Assembly: GCA_013239625.1 (NCBI GenBank)
Contig: MU053487.1
Coordinates: 2,253,058-2,317,057 of the forward strand
Origin: Lama guanicoe
Taxonomy: Eukaryota
Length of the DNA stretch: 64,000 nt
Direction of reading: 5' to 3'
Shown here: positions 26,101-39,100 of the stretch, in pieces
How the letters are laid out: the number at the start of each line of letters is the position of its first letter
Position numbering within the stretch: the stretch's first letter is position 1
Program-made: the position numbers and the translations under genes
The notes under the pieces: generated by a model
The model's input: the letters and a program-made list of their open reading frames with translations, nothing else
Told to the model about the DNA's origin: nothing
Databases searched by the model: none

Positions 26101-29100
26101 GGAGGATGGCCTTAAAAAAAAATTCTCAATATTCTTAAATGCCATTCAAGAAGTAGCAAAAGAACCTGAAAATATATGTGTGTGTATGTGTAACTGAATT
26201 GGTTTGCTGTACACCTGAAACTAACGTTGTAAATCAACTACCCTTCAATAAAAAAAAAATTTTTAAAAAAGGCAAATGTCAAGCACATACAAGCTGTCAC
26301 AGATAAGAAACAAACAGAGAACCAGGAAGAGTTCTTAAAAATTAAAGCTGAGTTTCCAAATTAAAAAAAAAAAAAGCAACAGGCAAGCAGAATTATAAAA
26401 AGAAAAGCTAAAGACCAAGTCACAGATCTGGAAAGAAAAAGGAAAACAGAAAACATTACAGAACGTAGACAGACATGTTATACATTCAGGAAGCTCAAAG
26501 AGATGCTGGAAGGGAACAAAATGATAGAAGATACTTTCCCTGGGCTAAAAAAAGTTAGATTGAAAGGGGCCAACGGGTGCCAAGAGAGAAGAATGAATGA
26601 GAACCCACACCTAGACACATCCCTGGGAAATTTCAGAACTGTAAGGACAGAAAATCTGAGAAGGGAAGATATGGGAGACTGGCATCAGACTTCTCCTCAG
26701 TAACAAGGGGAGGCTGGAACACAGAGTTCTGAGGAACAAGGTTTTACAGTGCATTTCGTAAACCTCTGAGACCATGGCTTGTCAGACACACCAGAAAAAG
26801 CCACCTGCCATTAACCGGTGACACGTCCCTGATCGTGACGCACATCCCAATGTCAGAGAAGGCAAAGGTGGGGGGAAAGTGCAACTTAGGATGGAAGAAA
26901 CACAATGTCTGTATGCAGACCAGTCTCCATCAATCAAAGGATAAAGTAAAGACATTTTCAAAAACTCCTTAAGTCTACTAGGCGTATCTCCTCCGTGAAA
27001 AACTTGATTAAGTAGGTATTTAGCAGAGCAAGAGATAAATCTAGACAGACGGCCTGAGCCACAGGAGTCACAAGAACTAAAAGAAGCATAATATGCATGT
27101 GCTGTGGCCGCAGTCTAAGTAAAAGTCTAAAGAGATTCTAAGAAGGATGCATGTGTACGTACATACATACACAAACACACATATATAATAAGGCATATGT
27201 CTGTTTCATTGATCTAGGATGCTTAAAGTGTATCACACTTAAAGGGAAAAATTTTCAGGGCACCTGGTGATTCTCTTTTATGGGTCCGGCAAGGCCACTA
27301 GTTCTAGAAAGTGTAACATTTACATCATCACTCTACCTTGCGAATGCCATTTACTGGTTTTCAATGTTTAGAATCAATCTATAGATGAAGCACAGAAAAC
27401 TGAGAGTTAAGGAACAGAATGTAAATGACACAAAGAACTTGACAAAATTCAACAACTAGGGCTGACTTGTTGCACTTGATCTTAAACAGCAGTCAGTCAA
27501 TAGATGCTGTCCCCAGCTGACAGACTGGGAAATAGAGATACATTTTTTAAACTGGGGGCTGTGGCTGGTTCTGTGGAGTGGACTTAATTTTTGTTATCCC
27601 CTGCTCTGTCTGATTTTTTTTTCTTTTTTAACATGTGCATTCATGGAAAAAAAAAATCACCCCTACTGCCCAAAGGTGGACCTGGCCAAGTTCCTACAAC
27701 GTGGCAGACGCTCTCTCAATAAGAGTTGTCTCATTTTAGCTTTCAAGAAAAGTAAACAACTCTTCTGAAGATTGGGGGGGTCTCAATTCTGTCTTCATGT
27801 ACTAAGAAAAGATAAACTGATTTGCATCTAATGTCACAGAACCAGTTTTGCCCCCTCGAAAAAGTTCATTCCCTGGAAGCTGTACCTGAGAGGTCCTTAG
27901 AACACGCAGCCAGTTTTTCCAAGTGACTGTTGATTTTCTCGATGGCTTTGAAGTTCTTGTTCCTCTTCAGGACATCCACAGGGGACCGGGACTGTCGATC
28001 CAGCAGGGTGGGGTCTGCCCCAAAGTGCAGGAGCATCTGCACATCTTCCGTTTGTCCTAGAGTGGGCCAGAGCGAGAAGGGGGTGTTGACACGGTTCCTG
28101 CCGTAAGGAGACGTCCTCACGAGTGCACTTGCTCCCGTTCCCGGCCGCAGCGGCCCCAGGCCAGGGGACCAATGTCCTTCTGCTTACAGAACCTGAAAAT
28201 CCAGCTGACTCCCCAGAGCAAGGAGTCCTGTGTCGAGTGGGAAAGACAATAGCTTTTAAGAGGTTCAGTAGTGCGTTCCTCTCTACCTTTCTCCCCTCTC
28301 CTTGGCAACAAGCAAGGAGAGGGGGAATCTGGTTACTAGGCAACAGTTACAGCTGTAAGGATGACAGCAAGCTGTGACTTCAGACTTCTTTATTCTCTAG
28401 AGAGGAAACAGAATACACTTCCAGAAAAAAAAATTTTAAAAAAGCCTATCTGGGGACGAGAGAAGAAAGTGACTACTGCTTTTGCATCAGGGTCTTCTTG
28501 TCACTGTTTCCACCCCCACAGCCCCACCCTCTGGCTACCAGCTCCGTTTGCTGCTTTGACATATCTATTTGCCAAGCATCGGGGTATCTCTGTGATCACA
28601 GATGCAACAGCTTTCAGAATGTAACAGGTTATCCCTGGAGGCACGGAGAGTCAAATGCATCAATGCCCAATTCCCAACTCCCATAACCGTGCCTCCCCAA
28701 AATTCACCGCCTTGACAAAGCACCTCTTCTCCAGGCATCGTCCTGTTCATGGTGTTCTCTTTTCCTACCTCCCCAGTCACGGCTGCTTTTTTCCCATTTT
28801 ATGAAAATAAGACAAGATAAACAAGGCATACTCCCTACTCATCAAGCATCTCCCTGTGGTAGGCAGAATTCTCAGGTAGACCCTGACATTCCCAACCCCT
28901 GGTGGACACACATATCTTCTCCTGGCTATTCATTTAACATTCATCTAAACACTGCTGTGATGAGACTCTGCAAAGGTAGTTAAGGTCCCAAAGCAGCTGA
29001 CCTCAAGAAAGGGAGGTTATCCTGGCCTGATCACATGAACCCTATGAGTCAAAGGTCTAGAGGTCAGAGATGGAAGAGGGAAGAAAACCAAAGCATGAGA

Positions 29101-32100
29101 GGGATTTGAGGCACAAGAAGCTCTCCACTGTTAGCTGTGAAGACAGAGGGGGCCACCTGACAAAGAATGTGTGGCATGTAGAAGCTGACAGCAGCCTCTG
29201 GCTAAGAGCCAGCAAAAAAAAGGGGACCTTGGTCCTACAACCACAAGAAACTGGATTCTGCCACAATCATGTGAGCTTGAATGAAGGCTCAGTGGTCCAG
29301 ATGAGAATGCAGGCCCAGCCAATACATTGACTTCAGTCTCCAGTGACCGTGAGCAGGAAACTCAGTCACATCATACCAGACTACTGACCTACAGAGCGGT
29401 GATCTAATAAATGAGTGTCATCTTAGGTCACTATATTTATGGTGATTCGTTACACAGCACAGAGAACTAATGTAATTACCAAAGTGTGCTGCCCCAAAAG
29501 ATGTGAAAACACATTTCCAACACAAATGTTCATAACAGCATTACTCACAATAGCCGAAAAGTGGAAACAAGACAAACTTACTCCGGCTGACGAGCTGATA
29601 AACAAAATGTGGCAGACACACGCACGAGGGAATATTATTTGGTAATGAAAAGGGATGCAGTACTGATTCAAACCACAGGGATGAACCTTGAAAACATGAT
29701 GCTCAGTGAAAGAAGCCAGACACAAAAGACCACATATCATATGGTTCCATTTATACAAAATGTCTAGAATACACAAGTCCACAGAGACAGAAAGGGGATT
29801 AGTGGTGGTTTGGGGCTGGAGAGGAAGGGGAATGGGGGAGTGACTTCTGAACAGATAAGGAGTTTCTTTTGAGGGTGATGAAAATTTCCAAAATTGACTG
29901 TGACAATGTTTGCATAACTCTGTGAATAAGCTAAAAAGCAGTGAAGTGTGCACTTTAAACAGGTGAATCATACAGCATCTGAATAAAGCTCAAAAGAATC
30001 CAGAGGAACCCCTTCTCTGATTCCTGCAGACGTGGATTCCTGGGACCCAGTCCAGTGCGGGTGACATCAGAGAAACAAAGCCCAGGGCTCCTCCTGGGAC
30101 TTGCTGAAGAGAGGAAACTGCAATTTCCCAGGAGGCCCCAACAGACCAGAGGCCCCTGACCAGTGGCCTTCAGGCTGTGGCTAGTCCACAGGCCTGGTTA
30201 CTTTTAAGCCAGCATTTTATAATCACAAATTTTCATATTTGTTAAAAATCCAGCCTCTGACGTCACTTGTCAGCTGAAGATGGCAGCTGTGTCTGGTCCC
30301 CATGATCACGCCAGGCTGCAGCCACGCCAGGCACAAGCCCCCACCGCTCCCTATAACCTCCCTTCTGCTGGCGCTGAAAGTCCATCACCACGTACCATCA
30401 CAGCAACCCTAAATTTTTTTAATAGAAAAAACATGCTTTTCTCTATCCAAAAAAGAAAACAAAGACTGAGAGGTATGAGGGGCTCCAGGGAAATGAGAGG
30501 CATCAGAAGGCTGTGTGGGAGCAGGTGCGGTCTTCCCATTTCACAAGGTACGTCTGCAGCAAAAGCGGCAGCTTCCCCTGCCCAGGCCAGCCTCGCTCTT
30601 TCAGGTGGCCTGTCTGGCCCCGGCAGGTACGAGAGGATGCAGTTCCTGTGTTAGCTTCTGAGCAGTCCGAGGACCATGTCTGTTGTCTGGTACATGATTT
30701 ACTGCTGATCCCCAGCCTGGATTTGGTGTAGGTGTGAAGCCAGCAGAAGCACACACACACACAGTGTGATGAGGGAGGAAGCAAATGCAGCCAGAAGCCC
30801 ACATCCTTGAGACACTCAACCCCACAGAAGCCACTTAAAGCTGAGGGCTTTGACCTCACGTCCTTTCTGCGCATTTAAACCAAGTCAAAATTCAGCCGTC
30901 TGAGACTGTCGTAGGACGGACCGGGTAAAGCGATCAGCTGTGCGGGTTCCCTCGCACCTGATGTCGCCCCACCCACGGCCCAGCCTCTGCCTAGCGTGGC
31001 CACTTACGCTTGATGAGGTACCCGGGGGAGTGGGCGGCGACGACGTGCAGGACCGTGCAGCCATCTGCATCCTTCTGGTTGATACGACCCTTCCACTCGG
31101 GCTTGTAGTCCATCAACCACCGGAAAAGATGGTTTTCCCCTGGAGGGAATTCAAATGAGTCTCTGATGTTACTTTCAACACACAGGAAAGCAGCAAAGCA
31201 CATCACTGTGTATCACCCTGAGGGAACCAAATGGGGCATCCCACGCACGCAGCCACTGACCACACACAGGTGCGGGGACATAGCGTCTGTGAGTCGAAAG
31301 GACGTTACAGCAAGTTACTCATACTCAACTTCAGGCAGCTTCCCTAGAAGCAGAGGGATTCTGGTACGTGTGGTTTACTGGGAGAAGGAGAGTATCGGGG
31401 GCAGGGCGGGAGAAGGAGGCAAAGAGAGATGTGGTCTCAGCCTGACTCCACGGGGAGCTCTGGAGCAGGGACTGCTCCACAGCACTGACCCACCTTGAAG
31501 CAGGGGTCGACCTTTTGTACCCCCGCTAAGAACTACAGGGAGCTTCTGGGGAGGGAGGCGAGTTTGAGGGGAAACCTCGCTGGGAGGTGGTACCTGTTGG
31601 CAAAGAGCAGCTCTCTGGCAAAGGGGGCAGCAGGTGGGGATGGGGACACCGGTTCTAAAGAGGACCTGGGTGAGGCACCAGCGGTGCTCCATCAGTCATT
31701 GCAGGACTGCAATACTATCAACAGGACATGTCTTTAAGTTCTTCTCCCAGACTCCTTCCTTGTGGGTCCTGGGATGAAGGGAAGCCACACACTTCTGCCA
31801 ACCGTGGACACTACTTGTCACCACCTCAGAGTCTTCCTCCCATAAACGAATCAGGAATAAACTTGAAGACTTGATCTTATCAATACCTGCCTATAACCAC
31901 AGGAGCAAACTTAAAAAGCAGACACAGTGAGGGATCATGACGGTCATACTCAGAGGTACACCCAATTTGAAACTGGGAGGACTGGATTAGATTGCTTTCC
32001 ATCAGACTTTATGCTGAACCGTTTCATCCACCAATCCCTGTGTGAGAGTAAAATCTCTTATGGATTCTCCAACATACGAAATGGGTAATCACAGGGGGAA

Positions 32101-35100
32101 TTTGGCTGAAGCAGAGATGGGAGCCGAGGTCTTCAAGCCCCTGGCCACCCCTTCTCCCATCCTGAGGAGACAGATGCTACAGCCTAGAAGAGGAAGACTG
32201 TGTAGACAAGTCCTCGTGGCCCCTTCTCAGATGGTCTGGGTTAGGCCAACAGTGATGCCACATGTGCTTGGAAAAGAAAAACAGGCTTCTATCTAAAGTG
32301 TAAATGTGGGTATTGTATGTGTGTATGTTTTAAGGATGAAATAAAAATATTTTAAAATTTAAACCCTATAGCCAAGTGGTAAAGACTGATATAAATAATA
32401 TATTACATATTATAATTATATATTATATATATTAGTATTTTTAGGTTCCCACTTCTCACAGCCGTGGGCCAGGTGGCTGAGTTGCTGGCTACCTGCCTTT
32501 GATACCCGTCAACAGTTTCCTCCAGCTGTTCAGCCCTGGGGGTAATTCTGCCCTCCTCCCAGGAGATATCTGGCAACGCCTGAAGACAACCGAGAGATGC
32601 AACAATCACCCATATCATATCATGTGTGTGTGTGTGTGTGTATGCATATATTTACATACATATATACGAGTCCTTTAAAGGCACATCAAGCAAACTGCAT
32701 CAGTGACAGCCAGTGTTTCCCTTGGGAGTCCCCCGCCCCCACCCACAGTAGTTGGTCCTCTGGCCTAGAGAGAAAATGAACTCGGGAAAAGACCACAGCT
32801 GCCTTTGCCAGCGAGAGGAAACTCCACAGCGCTCCTGAGAGCTCTGCCCAGCCAAGGCTATCTGTCCCAAGTCCCTCCTTGGGTCCCAGGGCTCTGCTGT
32901 AGTGCCAGGATCTGCCTGGGAACACAGAATCCTTTCAATTTGGGCCTCCCGTAGCTGTGAGGTTGCAGGAGAAATAAAAATGATGCTGCTTTCCTGCTGC
33001 CTTCATTCATTTGAAGAATTAAATCATTGACCATTCAAATCATCGAACAGTCCACATTCAAGTGGCCACATTCTGGTTTCACTTGAGCTAAGTAGTCTCC
33101 GAGGTCTGAGCTGGAGGGCATCAGGCCGGGGAAGCACTCACGTGCTTGGATGCAGAGCCGCATGAGGGCGTGGAGAGGGTACGGTCCTATGGTCTCGACA
33201 CTTGCCCCAATGGAGATGAGCCACTGGACTAATCTGGGCACCTGCTCCATTTTCTCATAAAGTCCAATGAAGACATATTTCTAGGGGCACAACAAAACAA
33301 AACAAAACAAAACAAAACCACAGGATTTAAAGGAGACAGTTACCACATCAATATGAAACTTCAAGTTCCTTCCCCATAAAGTATGGGTACTTTTTTTTCC
33401 TTCTAGTTTTATTGAGATGTAACCGACATGCAGCACCATCTAAGTGTAAGGTGTCCAGCATAGTGATCTGACTTTCATACATTGAGAAGTGATTATCACA
33501 AGTTTAGTGAACATCCATCATCTCATGTAGATACAAAATAAAAGAAACAGAAAAAAGAAAATGATTTTGTGATGAGAACTCTGAGGATTTACTCTCTTAA
33601 TGACTTTCATATGCAATGTTACATACAGCCATGTTAATTACATTTCTCATGTTGTACATGACATCCCTAGTACTTAGTTATCTTATAACTGCAAGTTTGT
33701 ACCTTTTGACTGCCTTCATCCAATTCCCCTGCCCTTCTCCCCACCTATAAAGTTATTCAGAATCAGCAAAGCCCTGATTCGCTGTGGCCCAAGCCTGAGA
33801 TTACCAGAAATAACAAATCTCCAGCGAGGCAGCTGAAGAGGACTGTCCCAAGTACAAGCTGGAAATGGCCTGACTCGAAACCGTCTGTGTTGAGAAGCCA
33901 CCTTACCTCAAAGAGACTTCTCAGCGATAACTCTGGGACGTGGATGTTTCTCGGGAGTCGGTCTTTTCTCGCCAATAGAAGTAGAAATGACTGAAGAGAG
34001 AGGAGAAACAGAAAAAGCTGGAACAGGACAGTTGTCCACATAGGTTACTAGAACAAAAGTAATCTTAAGCTTTAAAACACACAAATGAAAAACAAAACAA
34101 GACAATCTCTAGCCCTGTCTCTTTTCTTAAGCTACCTACCAAGCTCTTTGGCCTGAGCCATGATAATCAAAGTGTCTCTGTCTAGTCAACTTCCTGTTCT
34201 TGGGGAGAGCGAAGCTCTCTCCACATTTCCTCAAAGCCTGCTGAGGACAGGGGCAGCTGGCGGTGGGCAGCCCTAGGAGTACAGTGGCAGAAGGGATGAA
34301 AACATAATTTCCTGCAAAGTTCTTAAAGCTTAGCAAGCAGAAGAACCAAATCTTTTACAAATAGCTCATCCCAAGTAATTCCTTAGCATGTTAGTGCTTC
34401 ATAAGCCCCAAGTATTTGGGGCCCGTGAGACCCTACTGAGTGGGTTGCTGGGGCCGTTCCTGTCACAGTAAGTTGACTGGGCAATTCTCTTCCCAACTCT
34501 ATGTCTTACAGTTGAATTAGCAGCTTGACATTGGCCATTGAAATTAAAAGCACTTACACTATAGAAATTAGCAAATGCTACAAAACAGGACTTCAGAGAG
34601 CCCGCTGCTAAACCACTGACCCCAAACTGAATCCCAGAGAGGCTAAGCAACTTTCCCAAGGTCACGCAGCACACCTTGAGAGGCCCCGACTGAGATCATC
34701 CAGGGATGACAGCTGGTCTAGGAGTTCTGGGCGTGGTATGGCCGTGACTGAAGACCTGGTCTCAGAATCGTTTCCCTCATGCATGCTCTTGCCAGGAGCA
34801 GTGTGACCACAAGAACTAAGCCTGTGGCCACATCTTGTTTCTGGTTTCTTTCAGTTTGACACCCACTCTTGACTGCTCATCCTGAACAGGCCCCACTTCC
34901 CAGACTCAGTCTCAGGGCTCTGACAGTCCTGATGGCTGGCCTGGCTTTTGTAAGACTCATCTGTCTCCAGTATTTGAAAACGACCTGGGCCTCACTGCTA
35001 GCAGGAGATGAGACCACCACCTTGGCTGGATTCCCGGCTCTTCCCTGTCGGGCTGGGTGACAGCATATTAGGAGCTATCTGGCCCCATTCTCTCCTTCCC

Positions 35101-36074
35101 CATCTAGGCTTCGGGGCTCCATTCATCCACATTCATCCCACATGGGGAAGAGGGGACATAAAAGGTTTTTTCCTGGGTGCTGTAAAGGGAACGACTTTCC
35201 TGCTAATGAGGCCTAGAGCCTCCTACCCACAGATCTACCCTAACATTTGGAATCACAGACTTTCAGAACTTTTTTAATAGAACTGGAAAAACCTCTTCTT
35301 TGTTCACCCATTTTATTCGAAAAGAAAAGATCCCAGATCTCTCGTTAACAGGGCCCTGGATGTCTGCTTCCTGGTTCCTGTAGAGTCCAGCCCACTTTGC
35401 TCACCCTTGCTGCTGCCTTCTCAAGACTGTAACAGAGGAGTGAGCTTCAGGGAGCCCAAGGCTGGCTGGACTTCAGGGGGTTCCCATGAGCTCCTTAAAG
35501 CTCTACCCATCACCGTGTGTATCTGCAAAGGGAGTCTCACCGATTTCATCAGATTCCCAACAGCATCCGTGACTTTTTCAAAAATGTAAGCATCCTGTAT
35601 TCTAATGTCATTCAGCCTCCTGGGTCCAGAGTCCCCTGTAGGCTGCCCTTGATTTTTGGACTGCTCAGCTTTAGCAAGCCTGCAGCCCCTTTCTAACCAA
35701 ACTCCCAGCCTTGGCTGGCCCATTCTCAACAGTGTGTATAGGCTACCATCAATGACACCCACTAGTCACTGGGCACCAAGCATATACATGCCAGGTGCTA
35801 TAAAACCCCTTTGGCTCAGTGTCTGCACACTGTAAGCCCTCAGTGAACATTCACTAGATAGATGTCCCTTAAAGTCATACAGAAACCCCCCGAGCAGCAC
35901 AAGTAGGTCATCAGCGCCCCCTGCGAGCAAACACCATAAAAAGAGGATTATGAAGATGAAGAGGTAACTGTTTATTTTCCTCAGCCTTTGGGCTTTACAT
36001 TTCTTTCTTTCTTTTTTCTTTTCTTTCTCTCTTTCTTTCTTCCTTTCTTTCTCCCTTTCTTTCTTCCTTCCTTC

Positions 36075-36113
<39 letters not shown>

Positions 36114-39100
36114 TTCTTTTCTTTCTTCTTTCTTTCCTTTTCTTTCTTCTTTCTTTCTTTCCTCCCTCCTTCCCTCCCTTCCTCCCTCCCTCCCTTCCAT
36201 TCTTTCTTTTCTTTCATTTTTTAATTGAGTTATAGTCATTTTATAATGTTGTGGGACTTTACGTTTCTTTGATGACAGTGGAGACACAGAGCAAGCAGTG
36301 AGGTTGCCACCAACTGAGTGTTTTTCCTAGCTTAAAAAAAAATGGAAACTGGAGAACTAATACATCTCAGTGACTTTCCATCTTTAATGATGTTAAAAAG
36401 TTATTTTGAGGGGAGGGTTATATCTCAGTGGTGGAGTGCATACTTAGCATGCATGAGGTCCTGGGCTCAATCCCCAGTACCTCTATTAGGGAAAAAAAAG
36501 TTATCTTGGCATCAAGATATGTAAGTACTAAATTATAATCCCCCAGTGCCAGCAGAAAGAAATCATTTAGTCAAGAATGTCCTTCCCCCAGAAGAGAGCC
36601 CTCTCCTTTTACTTACATGTAATAATCCTTTCTTTGCCAACTTTTCTATTACCGATTGCCACACTTCAGTTGAGAATCCAGTAGTGAAAATATGATCAAA
36701 GCAGGGCGAGAAACTTTGCAAAACAATGGGGTCATCTGAAAGAAAGTTCCAGAGTTTAGAAATTTTAACTTGGACAGTCTAGAACATTTAGGAAAAGGTC
36801 CTCCAGTTAGGACCGCACATAGAGAAAAACGGTAAACTTAAGACATCAGAAAGAAAGGCATTTTCGAAGTGTAAAGTCCTATATCATTGAAGTGGCAATC
36901 ATCTTTTTTTTTTAACCTTTTTTTTTTTGAGTTATAGTCATTTTACAATGCTGTGTCAAATTGTAGGCAATCATCTTAAGTTTGGGTGAAAATCGGTCCC
37001 CTAAGAGTTGGGCAGGAAAACATGAACTAACATTCACTCAGCTTCTGAGCCCAGGGATGTGTACTCATATTACTCCCTCAAAAGAACCAATATGGTAGTG
37101 CCTTTCTCCATTTACGGAGGAGGAAATGGAAGCCTAGGGGAAGGTACCAAACTCACTTCCTCTAAGACAGATGTGACAAATATTTTCACTCAGTAGATAT
37201 GAAACTACGACGAGTGAGGTCAGGCTTCATGGCTTATCGTGTATCTAGTTCATGACCAAAACCAAGCCTGGCGGAACCCAGGTCTACCAGCTCTTTGGGT
37301 CAATCCACATTCTTACCAGCCTAGTGGCCCTTCAACCTTTCGCATCTCGTGATCCTCCAGACTTTCGGATGAGAACGTCCAGGGGGACAGGTCGGGTGCT
37401 AGAATAACATGGCACCTCTTCTAGGTTGTCAATTTCCAAAAATCAGTGGGAAAGATATAGCTCAATTGACAGAATGCATGCTTAGCTTGCACAAGGTTCT
37501 GGGTTCAATCCCCAGTACCTCCATTAAGTAAGTAAGTAAGTAAATAAGTGAATAAATAAATAAACCTAATTACTTCCCCTCCTCAAAAAAATTTTTTTTA
37601 ATTTTCCAAAAATCAGTACATACCAAAACAAAAATATATTGTCTCAAAAGGATACCAAAGTTCCATAAATATATTTTTCAAAATTCAGAAACTGGACCAT
37701 GGGCATCTCTGTATCCTCCAAACAGGTGCACTTTGGTAGAAAAGTCTGGGATGCATTGTCACAAGAAGTCCCGTTAACTGGCCCCACTCAGGATCCAGAC
37801 TTCTTAGAGGGGCAGTCACCATGAGGAGGCTGTCTGGAATTCCAATACCTCTGGCTTGGCTTCTGATAGAACAGTGACTTTTATTAATTCCTAAAATGTT
37901 TTTTCTCTCTTTTTTTAAGTGAAGTATAGTTGATTTACAAGGCTGTGTTAGTTTCAGGTGTACATGTACAAGCACAGTGATTCAGCCACATATATATATA
38001 TTCTTTCTCAGATTCTTTTGCATTATAGCTTCAAGATACTAAATACAGTTCCTTGTGTTATACAGTAGGTTCTCATTTATCTATTTTATATATAGTAGTG
38101 TGTATCTGTTAATCGCAAACTTCTAACTTATCCCTTATCCGCACCTTTCCCCTTTGGTAACCGTCAATTTATTTTCCATGTAGAACAGTGATAGAGTTGG
38201 GGAGGGCATAGCTCAGTGGAAGAGTGCGCGCTCCGCATGCACAGGGTCCTGGGTTCAATCCCCAGTATCTCCATTAAAAAAAAAAAAATTTAAAGGACAC
38301 ATTGGGACAATGAGGAAGTGTAGGGGATGGGTCGAGCCATTCAGATTCAGAGGAAAGGGAAGTGGGCTTTAGTCACTGTTCACCAAAGGCTGACTGAAGA
38401 GTTGTGACCCGTTAGCACCTGTCTGCACACCTTTACCTCTCTGTTGGGGGACACAGCTGAGCCCACCTCTAACCTCTTCCCCATGCACTGCCTGACGCTG
38501 CTCTTACCCCTACTCTGTGCCAAACTTGCCAGTCTATAGGATCCCATTCACAGACCACACAAGTTGCTTTCCCACAGTCACCAGGATTATCAGCCCTAGC
38601 CTCCCCACTTCTGAAAGCTGAGACCACTTTCCAGCCATTATAACCTGTGCCGTTTTTCACATTCTAACATCTCTAGAATCAGCACACGTGTTGTGATCAA
38701 TGTTGTCTCTCAGTGGCAGAATACAAATTAGCAGCCCATCTTAAACCAGCACAATCTGAAATTTGATCAAACACAGTATTTGAAAACAATGGCCTGGCCA
38801 TTGGCTGAACTTCGGACTGCACTGTGATAACCAGGGAATGAGCCCCTTTGCTCCGGCAGGGAGCATATTACATTGTGTTTCATGGTTTTCTGTTTCTGCC
38901 TACTCCAGGCCACCGACAAAGCCACCTCACAGTCCAGGTCTTCAGACTCATAATCCAATGAGCAATGCAAAAGCCCCACCCCTACCACTACCCCTCCTAG
39001 ACTTGGTGNNNNNNNNNNNNNNNNNNNNNNNNNGGGTGGGGGGTGGGAGGGGGGGTGCCCTGCTGCAGCCATGACTCCAGCGCCCCCAGTCAGCTTCCCC

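Noticed and set aside
35766..36287. Lys/Glu/Arg-rich or Phe/Leu-rich ORFs
   Set aside because: Translation of the microsatellite.
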